From contig NW_026855218.1 of the NCBI RefSeq assembly GCF_026571515.1, forward strand, positions 62,001-126,000: a stretch of 64,000 nt of DNA, written 5' to 3'. Shown here piece after piece: positions 33,412-47,092 of the stretch. Both the position numbers and the translations under genes were made by a program. The notes beneath the pieces were generated by a model. That model did no database searches. It worked only from the letters and a program-made list of their open reading frames with translations, and was not told where the DNA came from. This DNA comes from Ruditapes philippinarum (taxonomy: Eukaryota). Within the stretch, counting starts at the first letter, position 1; each line of letters opens with the position of its first letter.

Positions 33412-34499
33412 TAGTTGCGACAAAGAAGGACTAGTTTTTACGTATTTTGCTCTGTTTGTAATTGGTATAATCATAGCGAATGAGTATGGAAGTCAAAATA
33501 CTACTTTGTTTACATTTTGCTACCTTAAAGACATAATTATAAGAATCCATGATTAAAACATTATTAAACACATGTTTCACATTTCGAAAAAATAGAATAA
33601 ATTATATGGATTTCTGAGGCATAATGTGCCCTTAAGTTACAAATTGAATGGGACATTTCTCTAAGTTTTTTGTATTTTATCAAAGCATGTAATAGGACTA
33701 AAATCAAAAAGACCTGCTTCATATATTATAAATAAAAGGCATTATATTATTAATATTTGTATATCAGATGCTTTTAAAAATAAAAAAAACATTGGCCAGT
33801 CTTAGCTAAATGACATTTTTTTTTACTTAAAGTTTAAAACATGGTCGTATTATACAGAAATAGCATCAATTTCATAGGTAAAAGATATATAATTATATGT
33901 ATGAAAAAGTAACAAAACAAATAAAAAAGACAAACAACAACAACAATCATAAAAAACAGCATCAACATTGTAATTCATTGAAATGTACTCGTTACTTCGA
34001 CGTAAGGAAAATCACAGTTTTGTATAATAAATGTTACTTCAAAATCATATTGTGACAATGAAAATACTAAATTATTGGCTGATAATAAATTTTCTAAATT
34101 TTCCTAATAATGTTTTACTTTAAGTGTCCCCTACTGTGTATTGACGTCATCATGACATCATCATGACGTCCATGAGGTTAAAATAATGTACGTGCATATC
34201 ATTCTGTTATAGTTATGATTTCTTTGATTTTCATTTTCCTAATCTTAAGAAACTTTCTGAATGTTTATTTGCTTGTAATTGATTTTGAAATAGCATGACG
34301 TTTTTTTCACATACTCACAACGTTTTTGTTTTGTTAACATAAAGCACAATATAATAAAATACGAATGCATGAACAACATTAGTCTAGATATATATCATGT
34401 ATCTTTTAAAATGCCTTGATAATGGAGTCATTAACAAAAAGTATATTTCATTTTAAAACATACACGACATAGTGATTAGTCTTGATACATACTTTATGT

Positions 34500-34825
34500 T
34501 CAGAAACAATAAACATCTTTATATCAGAGTTATTGACTTTGTAAAACCTCCAATTATGATAACAAACGGCACGATAATACCATCTTAGTTTAAAAGACAG
34601 ATGCTGCATGTACAAGTTTAACCAATAATTTTCTTAGTTCAAAAGGGCCTCAATTTTGCCAAAACCTAAAGCTGTCGAAGAAATGTGTAAAGATTTAACC
34701 CATTGCCTTCAGTAGTCTTGAATATACAAACTTGCACACAAAAACTAAACAAGACGGCAACACCGATGCCGACGCCGGGGTAAGTAGTTAAGCTTCCCCT
34801 TTTCTTCGAATATTCGAAGTATAAA
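34500..34825 (+). mobile_element. 3' fragment of a pearl/HINE-type repeat
   Basis: AAAAGGGCCTCAATTTTGCCAAAA core, GATGCCGACGCCGGGGTAAGTAG microsatellite remnant and CTTCGAATATTCGAAG terminal hairpin. Confidence 0.5.
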
Positions 34826-35004
34826 TGAGATTCAGAAATTTGTCAGTTTGTTTTTTGTTTAGAAAATGATTGCAGTCGTACGTTTTCTTGACTAGTTTGC
34901 ACAGAGGTGTTAATATCAAAGAGTATATACATCAACACGTCAAAAATTGCTATGTCGTGTATGTTTTAAAATGAAATCTTCTCTTTTGTAACTGCCTCCA
35001 TTAA

Positions 35005-36303
35005 ATCTAAGATTTCTAAAGATGATTTGTAAAAGCAATCATTTTTTTTTTACAATTTCAACAATGACATTTCAAAAATCACAGATATATCTGCAAGAGA
35101 AAGGTTTGTATACGATAACTTTTGTATTCAACAAACTGTGATGTAAACTGTTTTAAAGAATCGAACAGTTAAAAAGACGAAAAATGACAATGTTTATTAA
35201 TTTTACTTTATTTAATGCATATGTCGTTACTGTTTTTTATTTTAAAAACAACCAAGACCTTAAAAACACTTCTGGATGTTTTTTTAAGCTTTCTACTGGA
35301 TCTGTTAAATTCATTTTTATGTTATTTATATGCAAATAAATAGATTGTTGAAAAAAATGTTAAAACTTAAAGCTTCATTTTATAAATTTCATGAAAACAG
35401 AAATAGATACATGTAAATTTGTTTAATAAATTGGTTCCATATCGACCCCTGCTCTTGGTGTCCAGACGATCAATTTGAACGTATAAGCTTAAAAGTCAGG
35501 TGCTTTATACATTTCCAATTTACATGTGGAACTCCGCATTTGGGTTATTTGAACATCAACAGAAAATCAACAAACATGTCTTTAAGGAGCAGTCTTAATT
35601 TAACGGTATATTACCGCATTATATAACGGATGTTTTGAAAATTTTACTTGTTGATAACTCTTATATAAACGACAGACCTAATGTACCGCGAAGCCAAAAC
35701 GGTAAAAATTGATTAGATGGGAAAATCCTACTTTTCCGTTTACAGCTATTGCTTTTTAGAAGTCTAATTCTTGTGACGTAGTGCATACACAAGCAAATTG
35801 CTGTCTTCATTTGCATCTTAAAGTTCTTATGAGTTATCGTGGGGTTTTCCTTTTAAAATTATAATTTCTGAAAAATATTTGTTTAGATGTACAACATAAC
35901 TGCTAAAAGGATAAAAAAGTGTAAACTGTTTGGTTTTTAGACCGACGGCAAAATATTCTACGTTTTTAAAAAAATGCAGCTTTAAATCAAAAACAAATGC
36001 ACGAACCGTATGTAGAGCAACTGTTCAAAGTTAACACGATAGATCATTTTATGAACAAATATCATATTATGATGCAATTGCACTATAATTATACTCAAAG
36101 AGAAAGCCAAAATACCAGACCTCAATGAAAAACTAAAGAAGCCCATTGTAAGCAAATAACCCGTGACATTTAAATACTTCAATATACAACTGATCGTCTT
36201 ACTCAAGGTGAATCACTGGTCAGATATATTTGTCATTGTCGAACTGTCATTGTTGAAATTGCAAAAATTGATTGCTTTTCCAAATCGTCTTTAGAAATCT
36301 GAG
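35005..36303. mobile_element. Old TIR element: ~85-bp inverted repeats about 1.2 kb apart
   Basis: AGATTTCTAAAGATGATTTGTAAAAGCAATC...CAATTTCAACAATGACA (35009..35070) pairs with TGTCATTGTTGAAATTGC...GATTGCTTTTCCAAATCGTCTTTAGAAATCT (36245..36300). Confidence 0.6.
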
Positions 36304-36582
36304 ACACACCAAATGAATTTTCTTCCAAGCCATTCTTTCATGCGTGCTTTGTATGGTGTAATTTACTTACTTCTGGAAATCTAAATTGCGTCTTTTGTGG
36401 AGAAAATATTGTTATTTACAAGTGACATTGACAGGAAATATTTCCGTTGTTGGCGAACAAGACAATCAATATAAAACTGAAACGATGTTCAAGAAGAGAT
36501 GTCAGCCGTTAATGCAACATTAGGAGATCTGCAATACGCATTCCTATAAGGTGCTCATAACCTGTATTGATGTAGTGAAATA

Positions 36583-36751
36583 NNNNNNNNNNNNNNNNNN
36601 NNNNNNNNNNNNNNNNNNNNNNNNNNNNNNNNNNNNNNNNNNNNNNNNNNNNNNNNNNNNNNNNNNNNNNNNNNNNNNNNNNNNNNNNNNNNNNNNNNNN
36701 NNNNNNNNNNNNNNNNNNNNNNNNNNNNNNNNNNNNNNNNNNNNNNNNNNN
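36583..36751. other. Assembly gap (N run)
   Basis: Run of N. Confidence 1.
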
Positions 36752-37054
36752 TTTAATATAACATTGTTATTGTTTATTATTTATAACACATATAAATAAT
36801 CTGATAGTTTTGTGGCTGCAATATGCTCAGTTTTCAAAATCACTCAGATAGTTATTTTATCTGCACCATGAATAGAATGATTCGTTTGTTGATTACTTTC
36901 TTTAAAGAAAAAGCAAGCTATAGGTTTCACATTAAGTGAAATATCTTGAGCATCTTAGATTTCAGTTTAAAGAAAGCAGTAATAGTGTAAACACATTGTC
37001 ATAATTTATTTTATCGCGACTGATATTGACGTGTTCTTCTGTTATTATACTTAA

Positions 37055-37401
37055 AGATATACTATGCTCATCTTTGAGTAAAATATTTTGATCGAAGAAA
37101 TTTATTAAAACCTATGAAATTCTTACTGAATATGTCTAATTTGAATAAAAAATGAATAAAACTATGCATTGGAAGTCACATTTTCTATTATAGGACAAGT
37201 AAAGTTGGTCTTTTCTTAAAAAAACTGCCAGTTTTTTTAACGACACTATATATTCATATTGTGACGACCTATAGTGTGTAGAGTTTTAAACATGACATAT
37301 CAACTTTGTGTAAAGTCAAAACATGTTTATTTCATATTTACAAAGAGACTATGTAGCAATTATCAATATTTTCTGATATCAAATTTGAGCATAGTATATC
37401 T
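37055..37401. mobile_element. 347-bp MITE, TTAA TSD, perfect 16-bp TIR (Kolobok-like)
   Basis: TTAA|AGATATACTATGCTCA...TGAGCATAGTATATCT|TTAA. Confidence 0.9.
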
Positions 37402-39549
37402 TTAATATTAATAATTCAAGCATAGATCTTACAATATTTGTCTGTTTATGGTAAGATCCAAGAAAAACAAACATTAAAATGAGCTTCATCGCGTAATGTT
37501 ATACTTGCATGTTGTCTGAAATGCAAGAAAATGACTACTTAATACCATACCTTAACATATAATTAAATAATAGAATAAGATATAAGTGCAAATATAAGTA
37601 ATCATATATTTTACCACCTAAATTTGGATTCCGGTTGCTAGATACTAGTTCGAACTCACATGAGGTAAACTCCTGCTTTGCATTGACGTCAGAAACATCG
37701 ACTGTGATAATGGTTTGAAATGTCTTCATAGTATTAATTACAAAAATATATATCTGAAATAATTGTGCAACAAACATTCAAGATACAGCTATCAGGTCGG
37801 ACGTACACACAGACTGTTACAAAACTGCACATTGTAAAACGTACAGGCCAAATGTTACTGCATAAACATCTAGAATTATCTAGAAATAGATAGATTCCTC
37901 AGAATCAAGGGAACAACAAAGTTATTTGAAAACTTCATAAATGGGTTAATTGAGTCTGTTTATGAGAGATTATGGAAAAGTGCAATAACTCCTTAGCCCC
38001 CGTAGAGGGCTTAATCGGTATTCAAAAGATATGAAATCACATGGTTGTGGTCAACCTTTTCTCAAGGAAGAGATAAAAAAGAAGAAACAGAAGACTTAGC
38101 TAGTTTTCCCTCGAAAAAAGCGGTCTACACTAGTCTTATAAAACTTCGTCTAAAATATGTAGATGTACGTAACTTTCCTCAAGGATTGGACATCTTATTT
38201 GCAGTTTACAAAAGTAGTTTGAAACATAAATGTATGGTCGTAGACATATACCTATTAAATCTTCTAAATTTAACATATCTAAATACGAACTCTTACTAGT
38301 GTTTTCTCTTGGGACGAATTAATGCGTCTTCAAAGCAACCATTGTAAACATCAAAAACCTTATTATGGTAGGCAAATAGCGATTTGTAAGGCATTAATTC
38401 GTCTCACGGAAGTATTTTTATTCGAGGCTGAATATCAGCAATGGAATTTTTAATCTGAACCGAATATTCCATTACCACAACGAAAATCGTTGCTTTGAAA
38501 GTATCTTTAGCACAAAAGTCATACATAAAACACATGCCATGATATTGAATGCGACATAATTTACAAAAAAATAAAACATAAAATGTTAATAGGATATTGC
38601 ACCGTTGATTTATTTTCTAATAAGTGAATGTTCACAAGTGTTTTGAATGTTAATTCTGCTTCAGGGGGCCTTGGACGGTAGCTTACATTTACGACCACCG
38701 TCTATGAACAGGTTCATTCAAACCGAGACAGCAATTGTTTCAAATTTGTTCATGACTTAATTTTTATTTTCTCTTTTTGGGATACGGTGCCTATGCCAAG
38801 TGGTTTTTTTGTGATCTTCGTTGGAAGGGAACGAACACTAAAGTCGTCCAAGATTTATCTTGAAATATTAAAAAAGTAATGGAAGAAAATAAAACCATGA
38901 CTGTGTATTGTGTTGTTTTCTGCTCCACACAGGCCATAAAATGTGACGTGGTAGTGCACTTTGTTGGTGAAAAGAATATTTTGCTTCGCTCATAGTTATT
39001 TTGGTGGTTACATATTCGTTTGTATAATCTCCTTTGCCATCGGTATCTAGGGAGGGAACCAGGTTATTCGTGAAATTGAATTACACGCATCTGTTGTTCA
39101 TAAAATGAGTGACAATTTGATTACACGAATGGTTGACTGTTTATAGGACGTAAGGTGTCAAGTTCATGGAAATAAAATAAGAAAGATTGAAATGAAATTG
39201 ATAATCAAATCATGAAAATATAATGTACTTTTGTCCAAATTGTCCGAGTGATTATGTTTTCGAATTTGATGATCAATTTATCTCTGACTTTGATGTAGTC
39301 ATCATTGAGCTCGTAGCACGTGTATTATAGGACAAGGACACACAATTTTTAATGATGATTTTTAGCTGGTAAGCAAATAGTGGTAAAGATGATGAATGAA
39401 GAATATATCATTGTCCAACAACATTGACATGGCACTCTTGCATTTGACCCTATAGTCGGTATATTCCGTAAATATTTCGATCTACTTGTAAATCGATATG
39501 AATGTAAATATCCAATTGTTTATATGGTGTAAATTGACAATTTCTCTAA

Positions 39550-42500
39550 TAGTCCAGTCAATTTGTGAAAAAATACTTCAGAAAATGGGAAAAGCACCAA
39601 ACTTGGTACAAATGGACGTTGATATATATAAGAAAACTTGAGCATGGGACCCATTTTTTAAAATCCAATATGGCGGGAAAAATCCAAAATGGCCGCCATA
39701 CGTGTTAAAATTTTCAAAAACGCTTGTTTTTACTAAGAGAACTTGATAGATAGCTGCACATTAGGGTTTTGTAATCAGAAAAAATAGTTGTTATTAGAAT
39801 TTAAACATTGCTTTATCTTTTTAAAGCTATTACACTTAACATATTTTATTATTTCTGTTTGTCATTAGTTTTCACGACCCTGGAAATCAGATGAAATAAA
39901 ATATTGTAGAGGTCTGTCTCCTAAAGATGTTAAAACATCATTTTTTACAACATCCCTTATTGTTTACAATGTTAATTTATCACAAGGAAATACTTATAAA
40001 AAAGATTGAACAAAATTATTTAAAAATTGTGGCATAACTCGAGCAAACGGAAATTAAATATCTGCCCGTCAAGTCAGGTGTACGCCTTGTAATTTTACCT
40101 TGTTGATCGCTGTGTAAGGGATCAAGCAAAGAATGTGTGAATAACAGAATTATAAGCTATCATGTGTTAAATTTTAACAGTCATTTGGTATTTGAATTGT
40201 CATATCATAAAAATATGAATTTTATTAAAGTGCATTTTTTAGAATATGTGAAAGAAAAAAACGAAAAACTGGCAGACATAATTATATAACGTACATTTTG
40301 TCAAAGCAGATGTCTCTGGTCAAAGTATGCGTTACAGAAAATAAATTCATTCTAAACTATTCCTTTTATTCATATATGAAAGTACATGACTGTCCATTTG
40401 TTGTATAAAAAGGGAATGATAATTTTGTAGAAATTTGCAGTTTACAGACTCAGATTTTGACACACCTTTGATGAAATAACTGCTTTTAAACACTACACAT
40501 TGGTTTTCGATTGATTAACTGCTAACTTGACACCAACTTTCAAGACTTATCTAGTTAGAAGTTACACTAACTCATTATTGTAAATAACATCAACCTTTCT
40601 TTACCTTCGGGATGTATCAAAAATTGATAAAATACCCCTCTTCCTTCCTTAATGCCACCACCACCCTCAATTATATGTCAAATTCCATTTACGTGTCCTT
40701 AAGGGTGCGCTGTGCCACAAAATTTTATACTTAGTTGCTGGGTTTCATGACTTTTGGCCTCCGTTTGCAATCATGTTTTCTCATATTTTTAAACAAAATT
40801 CCAAAAGGCATGTTCTTACAAGTTTTTATTTTAGACATTACAAAGTCAACAGCCCTTTATGTAAAGACTCGGCATTTCCGCGCTATTATCAGATCAAGGA
40901 AAACAATTGACTAACGTGCTAGATAATTTGCCATATCTTGACACTGATCTTCTTCTGAGGGCCTAAAATGTTTGTAAGATTCAAGAAACATCACCAAGTC
41001 TAAGGTTTAGAACGAATGGGACAGACATTGAAAATAATATAAGTACGCCTTGCTTCCCATAAAACATCAGAAACCTAGGGTATTTCTTAATTCTGACAGC
41101 TCTCGATCATGCTAATGAGAACAGACTTTGTGATGAAATTGTGTTGTTTGTTATTATTGAGAGTCTCTGTCAGTATTTTGTGCTGGGTTTTGTTGTTATA
41201 GCTCAGCAGTTTCCAGACATGACAACAAATTCCAAATTTTCGTTGACATGCTTAAACAAGACAAGAGTAAAAGATTTGATTTTCATCATCAAGATCAAGA
41301 ACGTAAATTCCAAAATAGGCTATAAAAGCAGCTTTTGTTCCTTTATGACGAATTTGATCTGACATGTGCAATTCTTTTCATGGTATGTGACGTAATTACG
41401 AACAATTCAATAGAACGAGAATGATGGTTGCGATTTAGTACAGTCTCGAAGCTCAAATAGGATAAGCATAATGGTTCTCTTGTTTGCAGTTAGAATTGTC
41501 CCAAAGAGCAACTTTACAAAGATAAAGAGCAAATATCCTAACTAAGGCTCTTTGCAAGCAATCCAAGGTTTGTAATTGTGTTCTAGAACAAAACAAAAGT
41601 GACATTGACCTTGCTCCCAGATATCTAAATAGCAATCCAAAGCTGCATCTTAATACAAGCTACCCACACAGCAAGTTTAGAGTCAATATGTGAAAGCAAA
41701 CTCAAATTATTACGTGAAAACTGAGTTTATTTTTTAAGCAACAGTGATCTTGACCTTGTGCACACACACCTTGGTAGCAATACAAAGTTGCATTTTGATA
41801 TAAGCTACCCACATACTATTTTTTGTGCAACAGTGACCTTGACCTTAATCACAGACACCAAGGTAGCAACCCCAAGATGCCTCTTGATAAAGCTACCCAT
41901 ACACCAAGTTTGTTGTCAATAGGCCAAAGCAAACTCGAACTATTGAGCGAAAACTGAATTTCTATTTTTAGCAGCAGTGACCTTGATCACAAACACCTGG
42001 GGAGCAATCCCAAGCTGCCTCTTGATATAAGCTATCCAAAACACACAAAGTTTGGTGTCTATAGGCAAAAGCAAACTCAAGTTGAGCGGAAACCAAAAGT
42101 TTACGTCCGCTCACCTGCCCGCCTGCCGACTTCAGCATGACAATTACCGGTTTTCGTTGAAACCTGATTAACAAATTTATATGACTTAACATTTTCAGGA
42201 CTGCATTCCATGAACGTTGGTCTCTGTTGTATTCATATTTTGAGATTCTTGTGGTTTATTAAGCATGTTAAGTCACGGTTGTTATTGTTATCAAGTCTAA
42301 GGCTGTCAATCCTTTCAGGACTATGTTTAACATAAACTTCAGATAAAGTCTTACCTCAGATAGACTTCAGTCAACTAGAGAGATACTTGATATCATTATA
42401 ATACATGAAATAAGACACTCAGCTTCACCCATAGAATTTCAATAGAGCTTGCAAAACACAAAAACTAAGATTTAATATTGAACGTAAATGATGAAATAAA

Positions 42501-43668
42501 AACCTTTAAGGAATACGCAAAAAAATTAATGACAATACCAAAATTATCTTATGTACTCAAATCACGCTAAAAAGACATTTGTAAAAGTCCAAACATAAAT
42601 TTTGGTATCAATTCTATTTATTTTGAGTTTGAAGCGTAAATATAAACAAAATTTAGCTGCCGACAGAATCACCGATTACTGTCAAGTGTATATATTTTGA
42701 GGATTTACAGATAAATGAAAAATTCAAAACGAAGAAATGAAAATGTTGCCTGTGTCTCCCTTTAAAAAACATGAAAATAAATATTTGGGTTATATCTTTA
42801 AGGTTGTAGTCACTCTCAAATTGAATTATGAATAATCCAGCATGAAAGTGATGTAACATTTAATGGATCTGAGAGCTCAATGCCTACAGGACTGTGTGTG
42901 TGTAGTCTATGCATAATGAGGTTCAATCCACCATTTCAGGCACTATATAGTACCTTGGATACATACCCTTTTGTTCATAGTAATATAAGATTTGTTTAAC
43001 ATGGAATTTAGGTAATATTTGGTGCTAGCAAAATATTGTTTAATAAGCTGAAGGAAATATAAATACTTCCAGCTTTCCTTGCATTTACAGGAATGGAATA
43101 TGTTAAGACATCCTATTCTGTTTGTAAATTATGTAGATTCAGACATTACAATTTGAAGACTTCTTATATGGTAAATTGCTCACAATCTACACATGAAGCA
43201 TTTTAAGGCATTATATCTCATAGTTATTTGACACGACGTCTACTTAGGATTACAACAAATAAATTTAATATGAGAAAATAATCAAAAAATATTTCAAAGT
43301 ACTGAAATAGACTGTTTTGTAATTTCAGCAACTTGTTACCATAGAAACAGAAACAATTAATAGCATTATAATTGTAAACTAGTATCATTGATTATAAGTA
43401 ATGCAAATATCTCATGTTAAGTGTGAACTTGGGTAATTTCCAGTATAATTGTAACTATAAATAGCCTCTACTGGAAAAGAAAGGTGATAATTCCATGTAA
43501 TGGCGGCCATTTTGAAACATGGCTGCCATGGCAACCATCTTGGCATATATAAAATGGGTCCCATGCCCAAAATGTTTCGTTTGTCTTTATTAACATCTGT
43601 GCCAAGTTTCATGCTTTTCCCATTTTCTGAAGTATTTTAGCATATTTTGTTACAAATTGACTGGACTA
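39550..43668. mobile_element. 4.1-kb non-autonomous DNA transposon with ~150-bp imperfect TIRs and 3-bp TAA TSD (Academ-like)
   Basis: TAA|TAGTCCAGTCAATTTGT...AATACTTCAGAAAATGGGAAAAGCA...CATGGGACCCATTTT...CAAAATGGCCGCCAT mirrored at 43500..43668 ending ACAAATTGACTGGACTA|TAA. TAG..CTA termini and a 3-bp TSD fit Academ; no intact transposase ORF. Confidence 0.8.
41500..42172 (+). mobile_element. Pearl/HINE-type repeat nested in the TIR element
   Basis: Four units with GTGACCTTGA...AGCAATCC.AAGCTGC.TCTTGATA.AAGCTA at ~41600, 41743, 41832, 41976; CCGC/CCTG microsatellite and terminal hairpin near 42110..42170. Confidence 0.7.
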
Positions 43669-45515
43669 TAAGCGCAGTAGGTAAAGGGGTTTTACTTACA
43701 GAATGTGGACGTAAACTGATAGGTTCGAATCCTATTTCAGCGATTTTGTTTCTTTCTTATTCTAATTATAAAATTGTCATTCTCTAAACACTTTTGCAAA
43801 CCTTTTTGTTGTGTGTACTATCTACATGTATGTAGTATTTTTAATAACTTCCTTTATAGCTAGTATGCCATAATTTATATACAATTGCATAACGTCACAA
43901 ACAGAACCGTTGAATGATACTGTAATGAAATTGAAAATATAATTGTGTATACCAATTAAAAGGTATTCTAAAACCAGGCGTAGTAAAACGATTTCAAATT
44001 AATTCTTGCAAGTAAATTAAAAAAAAAATCATAACATGTTTTGGTCAGGAATCGAACAAGATACCTTTAGATCGGTAGTCCGACATCTATACCGATACAT
44101 CACACCTCACTGACGAGAGAAGTTAGCAAATATATCGATATATTCCATAGATACTGGCCATTTTTTATTTAAATGACCTTTACGAAAATTAATGAAGTGC
44201 CATGTCAATATTGTTGGAAAATATTTTGTCTAATAGTTAATATAGTTTGTGTATTTAAAACAAAAATAAAATATAATTATATTTTCAATGAATACAGCAA
44301 TGATTGTCAGCACAGTAATTTCTTGACATTACAAGTTAAGTTGATGATGCGGACTTAATGTATTATGTCTTGCACGACTTTTTACACGACTTGACACATG
44401 CGCAGAACTGTGTGTTTTACGACACATGATATGATAGCCTCTAAAGCGAATTAAAATGCATCATTTAAGTTAACGGGTATACAATTTACCAGTTTCGTCT
44501 TCTCTGTATGGACAAAATCATATAACCTCAATAGGTGATTTAAAACTAAAACAAAACGAAATCTTAATTTATGAAAACAAATGCCGACAAGGTTAAATGA
44601 CAAAGAAACTTATACGTAAAATGTGCGACAAACACTTACAGAAATATCCTACATAACGAGTATGTAATTAATATACTCAGCTATTAAAACTGCATTTGTC
44701 TGAATCACTATAACATGTATAACCACTGAATATATACTAAATATTGTTCTAAATTCAAAGCTTGACGAATAACAATAATATAAATACAACAGGGTAATGA
44801 TTAATATTTTATCACACGCATGTTTTCCCAGTCTACCGGTACATGGACTGCTGATGGTAAATTGTGCGTTTTAAAGTGTTATGTTCATGCAGAGTAAATA
44901 AGGAAAAAATAAAACGAAAACAATAACATGATAATTATGGAAAGAGCAAGGTTCACTAAGCACCAAAAATGGCCCCATCTTAGATATTGATAAAAACCTA
45001 AAGGTGTATAGTACAATGTGTTACATTTTCAAAATTGACATTTATTAGGCATGTCTGGTTACTATGACGACATAATGACGTCATAATTAGAGCACCTGTT
45101 TAATTCAATTAAATCACAGATTTGACGACAACTTTCATACAAGACTTATAAATTTGTGTGTTTGACTGAATTAAACTCATAAAGAAAGCAATATATTACT
45201 TATATATTGTAAACAAAATTATAATTTAGTTAAAATTAGACTATTGTGTCACAAAACTAATATAAAAGATAAATGGGGCTCATGTCGGATATTCCAAATT
45301 CGGATATATAGAAATGAAAATGTGAATGCATATTATTTTTCGCCTAACTAAATGTATTTATTTTTATTTTTATAAATACAAATACTGTAAGTTTGTTCAA
45401 TTTTTAATAATAAATGTCGAATTTGCTTGTTTTATTCATCTACCTCTTACCTAATGCTTAAAATAAGGATGTATAGAATCAATCGCAATTTTAACGGCCT
45501 TTTTAGTCAGTTTTT

Positions 45516-45675
45516 NNNNNNNNNNNNNNNNNNNNNNNNNNNNNNNNNNNNNNNNNNNNNNNNNNNNNNNNNNNNNNNNNNNNNNNNNNNNNNNNNNNNN
45601 NNNNNNNNNNNNNNNNNNNNNNNNNNNNNNNNNNNNNNNNNNNNNNNNNNNNNNNNNNNNNNNNNNNNNNNNNNN
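45516..45675. other. Assembly gap (N run)
   Basis: Run of N. Confidence 1.
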
Positions 45676-45693
45676 ATTTTCTGTCTAACTTAA

Positions 45694-46039
45694 AGCAGCA
45701 CGCCTCCAGATTAATGCTATTTTTTTGTGAAAATTTTGAAAATGATATAAAATGTATATTATTTTATAGTAAATTAAAGAAAGCAATTTACACATTATCA
45801 ATGACACTTACAACCCACGTTCATTACAAAAAATACTCAAAATATGCATGAAAAGCCCTTACTGCCTTAGTAACGCAATAGAAATCAGGTGAAAAATACT
45901 GCAAAAATCAGACATAAATCGTACATAACGAGAATTTTTACTTTGATCTTGAATTTCTTTGCTTTTCTTAAAATCTCAGTACATTTTTTCTCAAGTTTGA
46001 TTTTATAAAATATTTTTGCTCATCTGGAGGCATGCAGCT
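45694..46039. mobile_element. 346-bp MITE, TTAA TSD, 18-bp TIR (Kolobok-like)
   Basis: TTAA|AGCAGCACGCCTCCAGAT...ATCTGGAGGCATGCAGCT|TTAA (2 mismatches). Confidence 0.88.
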
Positions 46040-46389
46040 TTAACTAAACTTACACTGAGTAACTATATACATGTAAGCAAATAGTTTGTATACTAGGAAT
46101 TATTGACTTATTCCAATGTAAAGTGTAAAAGTCCGACTAAATTAAATAAACTAATAGATATAAAAGTATGTTAGATTTTTTTTTGTCAAGTAAAAATAAT
46201 GTTTGACTGTATGCTCTTTCGGAGTAAATGCAATATTTGATACTGAACTGCAAATTTGATACTATTTTCTTTTATGAATTATGATACAGCCAAATCCAGA
46301 AAACGATTTGTGTTATTTATAATTATGGAAATCAGACTTTTATTACAAATGTAATGTAATGATTTATGACGATATGAGAACTGAGAAAA

Positions 46390-47092
46390 AACAAGAACTG
46401 TCACAGAACGTGACAAATGCCCCCCGAAGGATTCTAGTTTTATAAACCACTTATTACATGTTAAGTGTGGTGGTAAAAATTGACAAAGTTCGAACCCCAG
46501 CAGTGAACTATATGTTTATACAAAGAAAACCTAGGTCTTGTTCACAACACACTGTCCATCTATGGTGACTTTATATTTTTAAATAAAAATTGAAACTTCA
46601 AATGTATATGGAAGTTACAGAGCGACACAAACAACCACCATTTATATGTACATATATAACATAAATATTGAAAAAGTTTAAGCCCCAGCAGTGACCTTAA
46701 ACTTAAGGCATAGGAACACGGGTCTTAAGGGCAACACATTATACATTTATGATAATTTCATATGTGAAATAAAAAATATAATCCTTTCATTCATATTAGT
46801 TTCAGAGCAGACACAACCATCTCTGCCTATATGTATATTAATATCAAAATTGACAAAGTTTGAACCCCTACAGTGACCTTGACCTAAGTCATAGAAACCA
46901 GAGTCTTGTTCGCGACACACCATGCATCTATGGTTATTTCATATATGAAAGAAAAATTAAAACCCTTTAGAGCGGACACGACCACCACTGTCTATATGTA
47001 CATGTATAAAGCCTGAATGACTGACGGAATGACAGACTGACAGACAGACAGACAGTTCGATTTTAATATGCCACCCTTCGGGGGCATAAAAA
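46390..47092 (+). mobile_element. Complete pearl/HINE-type repeat
   Basis: Begins AACAAGAACTGTCAC; three ~185-bp units (ATTGA.AAAGTT..A.CCCC..CAGTGA at ~46478, 46666, 46849); (GACA)n microsatellite; TATGCCACCCTTCGGGGGCATA hairpin and A-rich end. Confidence 0.8.

Noticed and set aside
36551-36799. ORFs spanning N runs (also 45427..45693)
   Set aside because: Artefacts of assembly gaps.
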